From the IMG/VR virus record IMGVR_UViG_3300034236_000077: 34,747 bases of DNA. One strand, 5' to 3'. The notes below the pieces were generated by a model. It was not told where the DNA came from and made no database searches. It saw only the letters and a list, made by a program, of their open reading frames with translations. This stretch comes from a virus (taxonomy: Duplodnaviria; Caudoviricetes). Below, piece by piece: positions 15,904 to 23,342 of the stretch. The translations under genes and the position numbers were made by a program. Position 1 is the first letter of the stretch. Each line of letters starts with the position of its first letter.

Positions 15904-16721
15904 CACCGGCCGAGCAGCGCAAGCGGTTCATCGCCTCCGTCCAGGCGCAGATCCGCCGGCGCGGGCTGCAGCGGGACGACGGGGTGCTGCGAGTACTCGG
16001 GACCCTCATCGAGCTGCAGGCCCGCACGCGGGCCAGCCTGGAAGCGCTGCCGTCGGAGTTCGATGCCGCCCGATTGCCTGGTTTCCTGACGGAGATCGAC
16101 GGCCACGTGGCCAAGTGGCGAGACCGCGCCCTCGGCGTGATGGACACGGTGCTGGAGCAGGCCTTCGAGCTGGGGCCGCAGATGGTGGATGCGCCGCTCA
16201 AGGCCGCGGGGATCAGCGTCCGGCTCCCGATGATACCGGAGTCGCTCCTGGAAGAAGTGAAGGACTACACCGCAAAGCGGATCACCGGCGTTTCCGAGCT
16301 GGCCCGCACGCGGATCGGGGACCACGTGCGCCTCACGGTCCTCGGCGGGAAGAGCCCGCACGAGGCCATGAAGGCAATCGGCGAGGAGGTGGATGGGCCC
16401 GGCCCGTTCCGGTACGTCAGCTTCCGGGCCGAGACGATCACCCGCACGGAGATGGGGAATCTGCATTCGGCGGCAGGGCAGCGCCGGCTGGAGGCCGCGG
16501 CCGAGGTGGTGCCCGGGATGAAGAAGCAGTGGCTATGGAGCGGCAAGGGCCGGGCGATGCATGCCTCGATCACCGGCCAGATCCGAGAAGTGAAGGAGGC
16601 GTTCGAGATGCCGGACGGGGCGAAGCTGCAGCACCCGCGCGATCCGGCAGGCGGCGTCGAGCACGTGGCCAACTGTGGCTGCGAGAGCGTGCCCTACATG
16701 GAGCACTGGGGCAAACAGTGA
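15900..16721 (+). CDS. Minor head protein (Mu gpF / SPP1 gp7 family)
   Basis: RAETITRTE, KKQW, R..H, and HPRDP...ANCGC motifs. Confidence 0.85.
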   Translation: MTPAEQRKRFIASVQAQIRRRGLQRDDGVLRVLGTLIELQARTRASLEALPSEFDAARLPGFLTEIDGHVAKWRDRALGVMDTVLEQAFELGPQMVDAPLKAAGISVRLPMIPESLLEEVKDYTAKRITGVSELARTRIGDHVRLTVLGGKSPHEAMKAIGEEVDGPGPFRYVSFRAETITRTEMGNLHSAAGQRRLEAAAEVVPGMKKQWLWSGKGRAMHASITGQIREVKEAFEMPDGAKLQHPRDPAGGVEHVANCGCESVPYMEHWGKQ

Positions 16722-16759
16722 CGGATCGACCAAACACCCCGTGACAGGAGTTACCCGAA

Positions 16760-16975
16760 GTGAACACGAGCGCAGCCACGACCACGACCACGCCGGTCGA
16801 GCCCGAGGAGATCCCCAGGGAGCTGCTCCTGCTGGTGCAGCGGCCGCCCCGGAAGAAGGGCGAGAAGGCCACCACGTTGAAGCGCGAGGACGTCTTCACC
16901 TGGGCGAAGACCAAGGAGGGCGTCGTCGTCGTCACGACGGACGGCCAGAAGCTGTTCGGTGAAAAGGCGGGCTGA
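16760..16975 (+). CDS. Hypothetical small protein
   Basis: 71 aa; AGGAG upstream; lies between gpF and the capsid gene. Confidence 0.55.
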   Translation: MNTSAATTTTTPVEPEEIPRELLLLVQRPPRKKGEKATTLKREDVFTWAKTKEGVVVVTTDGQKLFGEKAG

Positions 16976-16980
16976 TCCCG

Positions 16981-19359
16981 ATGCGCTCCTACGTGGCCGT
17001 CCTCCAGGAGGCCGGCGCCACCAGCCTCAGCGCCCAGGTGCGGGCCGTCGAGTCGGCGATCTGGGCGCGCAACCAACAGATGGAAGACGGCGGCGGCGGC
17101 GATCTCGCCGTCGCCGATACGGATTCGTGGTACATGGTCGATGTGTTTCCCGAGATGGCAATCGTCCGCCAGGGACGCGTGCTCCTCAGCGTGCCCTACA
17201 GCTTCAACGCAGAGGGCGCGGTGGAGTTCGGCGAAGCAACTCCCGTCGAGGCGGTCTACCAGCCGATCACCGTCCAGGAGAGCAACAACGTCGCTCCTGC
17301 GGACGGTGTCGCGGGGGCCGGCGGGTTGGAGTGGGAAGTCGAGATCATCCACCCCGGGCTCAGCAAGAACGGGCTTTACTACCGGCCGGAGGTCCTGGCT
17401 GCGGCGATCCCGCTCTTCGAAGGGATGAAGGTCTACTACTTCGACGACGACGCCCGTGGCCACAAGCAGGACGCCCGTATGAAGCAGCCCCGGCAGATGG
17501 TGGGCTGGATTGATGGAGTCCGGCAGCGGGAGGACGGCGTCATCCTCGGCACCCAGCACTTTCTGCAGGGCGGGGCGGCCGACGTCGTCCGCACCCAGGT
17601 CACCAGCGCCTGGCGGCGACAGAAGAAGGATCTGTTCGGGCTGTCGATTGACGCTCGCGGGCTCACGAAAGACAGGCTCGTGGAGGGCAGGACGGTGAAG
17701 GACGTCCAGGTGATCGGCCACGTCCTCTCCACCGACATCGTGCTGGATCCCGCCGCCGGCGGGGCATTCACCCGCCTGGTCGAGAGCAGCTCGGCCGAGG
17801 CACCAGGTCAACCGCAACACGAGAGGAACCACGTGGACAAGAGACAGCAGCTGCTGCGCCTCCTCGAATCCCGCCGGCCGGCTGCGCTCGCGGGCCTGGA
17901 CCGGGAGAAGGCGGGACTGGCGGAGCTCATCGAGCTGGCCACGACGGAGGAGCTTCAGGAGGCGTTCGCCGCCGGCGCCGGCGGGCAGCCCATCCAGGCC
18001 GCCGGCACGGGCGGCGCCGGCGGCGGTGCGCAGCCGTCGCCCGCAGAGATCGCGCTCGCCGGGCTCCACGTGCGCCAGGCGCTGCAGGAGTCGGCGCTCC
18101 CCGACTTCACGCAGAAGCGTATCCGCGAGCGGTTCAAGGGGGCGGCTCCGACCGAGGAGCAGATCCAGGCGGCGGTGGACGAGGAGCGCGCGTACCTCGC
18201 CGTCGCCAACCCTACGCGCGTCGTGGGCCTGGGCGGCGCGCGGCAGGGCGCCGGCGTCTCGACGGCCGTCGGCGCCGAGTCGATCGACCGCATCCAGGCG
18301 GGGCTGGAGCGGGCGCTGGGGTTGGAGCCCGAGAACGCGGAGCTGCGGACGATCGCCCCGCTCAGCCTTCGCGGCGTCTACAACGAGATCACCCTCGGGC
18401 AGGACCCGGAGGTGCGCGGGCAGCTCCAGGAGAGCACCGCCAAGGAGATGCTCCAGGAGAACTTCACCAGCGCCACGCTCCCGCGGGTGATGGCCAACGC
18501 GCTGCACCGGCTGCTGACCAGGGACTACGCCGCGGTGGACTACGGGGAGAACCGGATCATCTCCATGTCGGGCAGCGCCACGGATTTCCGCGCCCAGGAA
18601 GCGGTGCGGATCGGGTACTTCTCCGACATCCCCGAGGTGAACCCCGAGAACGGCGCCTACCAGGAGCTGGCGCCCTTCGGCGAGGAGAGCACGACCTACG
18701 GAGTGGGGCAGCGCGGGGCGCAGGTGACGATCACCCGCCGGATGATCATCAACGACGATCTGGGCGTCGTGAAGAAGATGGTCAGCCGGCTCGGCCGCGC
18801 AGCCAAGCGCACGTTCGCGCGCTTCGTGTGGGAGTTCTACCGCAGCAACGCGGCCGTGGGCGACGGCACGCCGTGGTTCACGGTGGCGCACGGCAACCTG
18901 CTCTCCCAGCCGCTGGACGCAGCCGGGCTGCGTGCCGCGCGCAACGCCCTCTTCAACCAGCGGGAGCCCGGCGCGAACGAGCGACTCGCCCTCCGGATGC
19001 ACCTCCTTGTGGTGCCGATCCAGCTGGAAGACGTGGCCACGCAGCTCAACACCCAGGGCGGCCTGAACAACGACAACCCCTGGAAGGGGAAGTTCGGAGC
19101 CAACGGCGAGAACATCCTGGTGAACCCGCTGCTCGATGACCCGAACGACTGGGGCGTGTTCGCCGATCCGGCCGACGTCGACCTGGTGGAGATCAAGTTC
19201 CTGAACGGCCAGGCCGAGCCGGAGCTCCTGATCGCCGACAACCCCACGGTGGGGCAGATGTTCACCCGGGACGAACTGCAGTACCGGATCCGCCACGAGT
19301 ACGGCGGGGCGCCCACGGATCACCGCGGTGCCGTGAAGTCCGTCGTGGCCGCCGCCTAA
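16981..19359 (+). CDS. Prohead protease-scaffold-major capsid polyprotein
   Basis: Protease motifs G.SKNG.YY, H, GLSI, D.V.DPAAGG; Gly/Ala-rich scaffold; HK97-fold / gpT-like C-terminus (YRIRHEYGG...D.RG). Confidence 0.88.
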   Translation: MRSYVAVLQEAGATSLSAQVRAVESAIWARNQQMEDGGGGDLAVADTDSWYMVDVFPEMAIVRQGRVLLSVPYSFNAEGAVEFGEATPVEAVYQPITVQESNNVAPADGVAGAGGLEWEVEIIHPGLSKNGLYYRPEVLAAAIPLFEGMKVYYFDDDARGHKQDARMKQPRQMVGWIDGVRQREDGVILGTQHFLQGGAADVVRTQVTSAWRRQKKDLFGLSIDARGLTKDRLVEGRTVKDVQVIGHVLSTDIVLDPAAGGAFTRLVESSSAEAPGQPQHERNHVDKRQQLLRLLESRRPAALAGLDREKAGLAELIELATTEELQEAFAAGAGGQPIQAAGTGGAGGGAQPSPAEIALAGLHVRQALQESALPDFTQKRIRERFKGAAPTEEQIQAAVDEERAYLAVANPTRVVGLGGARQGAGVSTAVGAESIDRIQAGLERALGLEPENAELRTIAPLSLRGVYNEITLGQDPEVRGQLQESTAKEMLQENFTSATLPRVMANALHRLLTRDYAAVDYGENRIISMSGSATDFRAQEAVRIGYFSDIPEVNPENGAYQELAPFGEESTTYGVGQRGAQVTITRRMIINDDLGVVKKMVSRLGRAAKRTFARFVWEFYRSNAAVGDGTPWFTVAHGNLLSQPLDAAGLRAARNALFNQREPGANERLALRMHLLVVPIQLEDVATQLNTQGGLNNDNPWKGKFGANGENILVNPLLDDPNDWGVFADPADVDLVEIKFLNGQAEPELLIADNPTVGQMFTRDELQYRIRHEYGGAPTDHRGAVKSVVAAA

Positions 19360-19404
19360 AAAACCCGCGCGCCAGTCGCGACACGCTCGCGGCTGGCGTT
19401 GGGT
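19358..19404. terminator. Stem-loop after the capsid gene (possible terminator or processing site)
   Basis: 12-bp stem CGCCAGTCGCGA / TCGCGGCTGGCG (one G-U) at 19370-19398; A-run on its left forms a U-tail on the minus strand. Confidence 0.5.
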
Positions 19405-19414
19405 AGCTTTGGTC

Positions 19415-19491
19415 CGCGGGAGAGGTGCATGGTGACACCACGGGATTCATGGGCCCGGTGACGTCCCGGTTCGAATCCGGCTCCCGCGCCA
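19415..19491 (+). tRNA. tRNA-Met(CAU)-like gene, non-canonical
   Basis: Acceptor CGCGGGA/TCCCGCG; D stem GGTG/CACC; anticodon arm CGGGA-TTCATGG-GCCCG; T arm CCGG-TTCGAAT-CCGG; ends in CCA. Confidence 0.75.
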
Positions 19492-19528
19492 TCGCGGCTT
19501 TCATCAACAGGGGGGAAAAGAGGCACAC

Positions 19529-19741
19529 GTGCAGAAGCCTTCGATGGGCAGGATTGTCCACTACGTCGACCGCCGCGGCAACCCGTTCCCGGCGATCGTG
19601 CGTGTGACGTACAGCGGCGACTCCGAGCTGGTGGACCTCACCGCCTTCACTGACCGGGGCACGGCCGAGGCGGGTGTGAGGGTGCGCCGCTGCGACGAGC
19701 ACAAGGACAACACGTGGCACTGGCCGGAGCGCGAGTCGTGA
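19529..19741 (+). CDS. Small conserved phage protein (KP..GRIVHY...WHWPER type)
   Basis: 70 aa; GAGG SD; recognisable terminal motifs of an uncharacterised small phage family. Confidence 0.65.
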   Translation: MQKPSMGRIVHYVDRRGNPFPAIVRVTYSGDSELVDLTAFTDRGTAEAGVRVRRCDEHKDNTWHWPERES

Positions 19742-20394
19742 GCCTGGCCGATCTTCGCCCGCGCGTCCGCACCCTGGTGCGCGGCGGCGCGGCCAGTGTC
19801 GAGCCCGATTACGACGGGCATCTCCGGAACGCCGCGCTCGTTTATTCGCGGCGGCGGCCGCGCCTCCTGGTGCATGATCTGGTGAGCGATGGAAGTGGCC
19901 AGCTACCGCTCCCGGCGGAGTGGGTCACCGACTTCAGCGAGCCGCGGTCGGTCGAGTACCCGGTCGGCGGGCGCCCTCCCGAGCTGCTCAGCGCCCGCGA
20001 GTACTTCCTGTACGCGAGCCCCGCTGGTGAGGTCCTCGCCCTTCGTGACGTCGACGTGCCGGCGGGCGGCGTCGTGCGCCTCACGTTCAGCGCGCCGCAC
20101 GTCATCGAGGAGGCGTCGACGACGCTGCCGCGGACGTGCTGGGACACGATCGAGAAACTCGCGGCGGGCAATGCGTGCCTGGAGATCGCGGCCGAGTACA
20201 GCCACTCCGGGGACCGCAGCGTCGGCCTCGACATGGTAGACCACGGAAGCAAGGGCAGCGAGTTCGAAAAGCGTGGCAAGACGTACCTGGCCAAGGCCAC
20301 CGACGAGCTGCCGCAGCTCGAGGGCACCTCGGTGGAGGCGGCGGGCGGGGAGGTGAGCTTCGCCTCGGACGTCTGGTACCTGACGCATCGCTGA
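19738..20394 (+). CDS. Putative head-tail adaptor
   Basis: GTGA-coupled start; position after capsid; YSRRRPR...LP.EW and C-terminal D..SK..E motifs. Confidence 0.6.
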   Translation: MSLADLRPRVRTLVRGGAASVEPDYDGHLRNAALVYSRRRPRLLVHDLVSDGSGQLPLPAEWVTDFSEPRSVEYPVGGRPPELLSAREYFLYASPAGEVLALRDVDVPAGGVVRLTFSAPHVIEEASTTLPRTCWDTIEKLAAGNACLEIAAEYSHSGDRSVGLDMVDHGSKGSEFEKRGKTYLAKATDELPQLEGTSVEAAGGEVSFASDVWYLTHR

Positions 20395-20400
20395 GGCGTC

Positions 20401-20973
20401 GTGCTGAGTATCACCATCGGAGCGGCGCCTTTCGCGGACCCCGGGCCGGTGCTGGTCCAGAACGTATCGGCCGGCATGCACGAGGCGGTCGCGCTCCTGG
20501 AGGCCGCGACCAAGCGTGAGACGCCGATCGGCGTGACGGAGGCGGCGCGCGGGTCGATCGCAGGCGAGGTGCGGATGGGCCAGGCGATCGGTGTGGGGCT
20601 GCCCGCTGGCGTGGTGGGGTCGCCGCTGAAGCACGTCGACGTCATCAACACCGGCCGGCGCCCCGGGCAGAAGCCGCCGCCCGTGGAAGCACTGGAGCTG
20701 TGGGTCCGTCGGAAGGTGCGCATCGAGCGAGTGCATGCGACCGGCAAGAAGGCTGGCCAGGTGAAGACGCGCCTCGGCAAGCGCCTGGTCCGCGCGCCCA
20801 CGGTGACTGAGGCCCGGGGAATCGCGTTCGTGATCGCGCGCTCGATCGGCGCGAAGGGCATCGAGGGGCGGCACTTCTTCGAAAAGGCGATCGAGGCGAA
20901 CACGTCGCAGCTGCAGCGGATCTTCGACAACGTGGGGCTTCGCATCACCGTCGACCTCACGCGAGGGAAGTGA
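20401..20973 (+). CDS. HK97 gp10-like neck / tail-completion protein
   Basis: TP.G.T, G.RPG..PP...L..W, IARSI..KG..GRHFFEKA motifs. Confidence 0.7.
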   Translation: MLSITIGAAPFADPGPVLVQNVSAGMHEAVALLEAATKRETPIGVTEAARGSIAGEVRMGQAIGVGLPAGVVGSPLKHVDVINTGRRPGQKPPPVEALELWVRRKVRIERVHATGKKAGQVKTRLGKRLVRAPTVTEARGIAFVIARSIGAKGIEGRHFFEKAIEANTSQLQRIFDNVGLRITVDLTRGK

Positions 20974-21443
20974 AGCCGATGCTGTATCGCGATCGCGCGG
21001 CCGAGGTGGCGGCCAGGCTCGCGGCGCTGCCCGGCGCCGGCAGGGTGCATGACCGGGGGAAGGTCGTCCGCACCTCGGCCGAGCTGATCAGGCACTTCAA
21101 GGTCGAAGGCCAGGAGAAGATCTGCGGGTGGTTCGTCACCCGCTTCGCCGGCGCCGCGGACCCGGGCGCGCCGGCGCACTGGGAGGACCGGATGAAGCTG
21201 ATCCGTTTCTGCGGGGTCCAGGACGAATCGGAATCGGAGCTGGACTTCCAGGAGTCGCTGGACGACGCGGTCGTGGAGTTCCGCGACAACCCTCAGCTGA
21301 GCTTCGGCACCGTGGCTGGCGAGCTGAAGATCCTGGTCGCTGAACCCAGGGATTTTATGGGCGGCGCCGTCTTCCACGTCGCGGAATGCGAACTCGTCGT
21401 AAGCCTCGACTTCTATCACGACCTGACCGGGAGGAGCGAGTGA
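20970..21443 (+). CDS. Putative tail terminator / completion protein
   Basis: 157 aa; SE..FQ...D.V...FR motif; located before the tail tube gene. Confidence 0.55.
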   Translation: MKPMLYRDRAAEVAARLAALPGAGRVHDRGKVVRTSAELIRHFKVEGQEKICGWFVTRFAGAADPGAPAHWEDRMKLIRFCGVQDESESELDFQESLDDAVVEFRDNPQLSFGTVAGELKILVAEPRDFMGGAVFHVAECELVVSLDFYHDLTGRSE

Positions 21444-21670
21444 CGCTCGTTAACGAAGGGAACCTGGGCGGCCGCGACTTCGCGGTGACGAGGGATGATG
21501 GCGGCGCCCCCATCGCGTTCGTCTGCCTCGGCTGCCACCAGGAGTTCCCGATGGACCAGATGGACGATGGGAGCGCGGTGGAAGCGTTATCAAAGCACGA
21601 GTGCGGTAAGGCCGCGCCCCGCGCCGCCGGGCGGGCGGCCACGAAACCCAAACTTGAGGAGACGGCCTGA
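21440..21670 (+). CDS. Small hypothetical protein (C-x2-C...H-x-C)
   Basis: GTGA-coupled start with GGAGGAG SD; 76 aa. Confidence 0.5.
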   Translation: MTLVNEGNLGGRDFAVTRDDGGAPIAFVCLGCHQEFPMDQMDDGSAVEALSKHECGKAAPRAAGRAATKPKLEETA

Positions 21671-22650
21671 TGCGCCGGACACGACTGCACGGCCTGCTCA
21701 TGAGGCGGGAGGCCCTCTACGGGATTGACTCCGGGCCCACTCCCCTGGCGCACGGCGTCCAGTTGGAGGAGTCGCCGTGGAACACCTTGGAGGTGGACTA
21801 CCTGGAGCGGAACGAGCGAGACCAGGCAGCGGGTTCCGGGCTTGGGTCCACCAGCGGGGCCCAGCCGAGCGGTCGCTGGGCCAAGTTCCGCGCTGTGATC
21901 GCGCTGAAGGGCGCCGCTGCCGCCGCCGACGTCCCCGAGATCGACGTAGCCTTTGCGGCGTGCGGACTGGTCCGCACCGACGACGCCACGCCCGGGGCCG
22001 AGAAGCGCACGTGGGCGCCGATCGCCGCGGGCCAGGAGGGCGAGAGCGTGACGGCCTACGCTTACGCTGGCGGGCTCCTGTACCGGATCGTCGGCGTTCG
22101 CGGGAAGATCACCAACGTCCAGCTCACCGCTGCCCAGATCTGCCGTGTCACCATGGAGTTCAACGGGCTGCTCGCCGGCGATCCTGAGGACGCGGTGCTG
22201 CCGGCGATCACCTACGCGCAGCGCGCGCTCAAGCCCCCGGTCGCGGGCGGTGGCGCGCTGAGCCTGAACGGCTACGGGCCGCGGTGGCACAGCTTCGCGT
22301 TCGACATGGGTACCGAGCTCGTCGCGCTCGCCCGGGGCAACGCACCTGGTGGGCACGCGGGCTACGGTATCGTGGACTACAAGCCGGTGGTTAAGGCCCA
22401 GATCGACGTGCCGCCGGTGCTCGCCGCCTTCAACCCCTGGGCGCTGGAGCGCACGGCCGAGGTGTTCCCTTGGAGCATCGCGCTTCCCGGCGCGCAGTAC
22501 AACTCCTGGGTGATTGCGGGGCCGGCTGGCCAGATGGCTAAGGCTCCTCCGGGTGAACGCGACAAGTTGGCGATGGTCGACGTGCAGATCCGTGTGTGCG
22601 GCGATGACACCGATCCCGCCGCGGCCCCGTTCCGGTTGGTCCAGAGCTGA
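21670..22650 (+). CDS. Major tail (tube) protein
   Basis: 326 aa; E..YG.D N-terminus; beta-rich; precedes chaperone and tape measure; no sheath gene. Confidence 0.75.
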   Translation: MRRTRLHGLLMRREALYGIDSGPTPLAHGVQLEESPWNTLEVDYLERNERDQAAGSGLGSTSGAQPSGRWAKFRAVIALKGAAAAADVPEIDVAFAACGLVRTDDATPGAEKRTWAPIAAGQEGESVTAYAYAGGLLYRIVGVRGKITNVQLTAAQICRVTMEFNGLLAGDPEDAVLPAITYAQRALKPPVAGGGALSLNGYGPRWHSFAFDMGTELVALARGNAPGGHAGYGIVDYKPVVKAQIDVPPVLAAFNPWALERTAEVFPWSIALPGAQYNSWVIAGPAGQMAKAPPGERDKLAMVDVQIRVCGDDTDPAAAPFRLVQS

Positions 22651-22758
22651 ACCCAAAGGCCGGCTCCTCTGGGGGGCGGGGAGTTGGTGCCCGTTCCGTA
22701 GGGGCGCCCCGCGCCTGTTCCCTTTCCCCTTCCCATCCAACGAAAGGCACCGACCCAA

Positions 22759-23175
22759 ATGCACAGCCTGCCCCGCCGCGTGAAGGAACTGCCGATCCCC
22801 ATCCCAGGTTGCCCGGGAGTCGTAGTCCACGCCGAGCCGCTGACCGACGAGCAGTACCTGGTCATCAACGAAGGTGCGGTCCTCCAGTACGTGGACGGCC
22901 CCGACGGTGAACGCGTGAAGCGCTACGCGTTCCCGCTCTCCCCCCACGTCGAGTTCTTCCGGGACCGGCTCCGCTCCATCTCCGAGCTGGACATCGCCGG
23001 CGAGCCATTCGATCCGGCGAACGACGACCACGTCGCCAGCATTCCGGCGACGTGGAAGGCCGCCGTTCTCCAGCGGCTGGTACGCTACGCCCAAGGTCTG
23101 ACGGAAGAAGAACTGGGAAACTCGCTGCCGCCGGCCGAGACCTCGTCCACGGATACAACGTCCTCGCCGACCTGA
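22759..23175 (+). CDS. Tail assembly chaperone (gpG-like)
   Basis: Between tube and tape measure genes; ends EEELGNS at a slippery site. Confidence 0.75.
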   Translation: MHSLPRRVKELPIPIPGCPGVVVHAEPLTDEQYLVINEGAVLQYVDGPDGERVKRYAFPLSPHVEFFRDRLRSISELDIAGEPFDPANDDHVASIPATWKAAVLQRLVRYAQGLTEEELGNSLPPAETSSTDTTSSPT

Positions 23176-23342
23176 GCCCGCGCCTGCAGCGGCTGGTCAA
23201 GAGCTTCACATGGTTGGAGCTCTTCAAGAAATCGCCACTAGACCTCGGGCTGCGGCCGGAAGAACTCGACCCCGCATGGGAAGAGGCGATGATGGTCCTG
23301 AAGGCGGCGACTGAAGATGAGCAGCGGATGATGCGAGAATGA
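22759..23342 (+). CDS. Tail assembly chaperone gpGT-like, via -1 frameshift (about 194 aa)
   Basis: G GGA AAC heptamer at 23115-23121; the -1 frame stays open to 23342 and overlaps the tape measure start. Confidence 0.75.

Noticed and set aside
16570-19323. 917-aa minus-strand ORF and other long antisense ORFs (2659-4173, 14066-15583, 19842-21419, 21355-23094, 24827-26431, 31574-33016)
   Set aside because: Shadow frames of high-GC genes with biased codon usage; no motifs; they overlap well-supported genes
19415-19491. tRNA as an integration (att) site
   Set aside because: It lies mid-operon, has no duplicated 3' fragment in the window, and there is no integrase; the element moves by transposition
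23052-23342. Independent 96-aa gene
   Set aside because: Start lies inside the chaperone gene without an SD; better explained as the -1 frameshift extension
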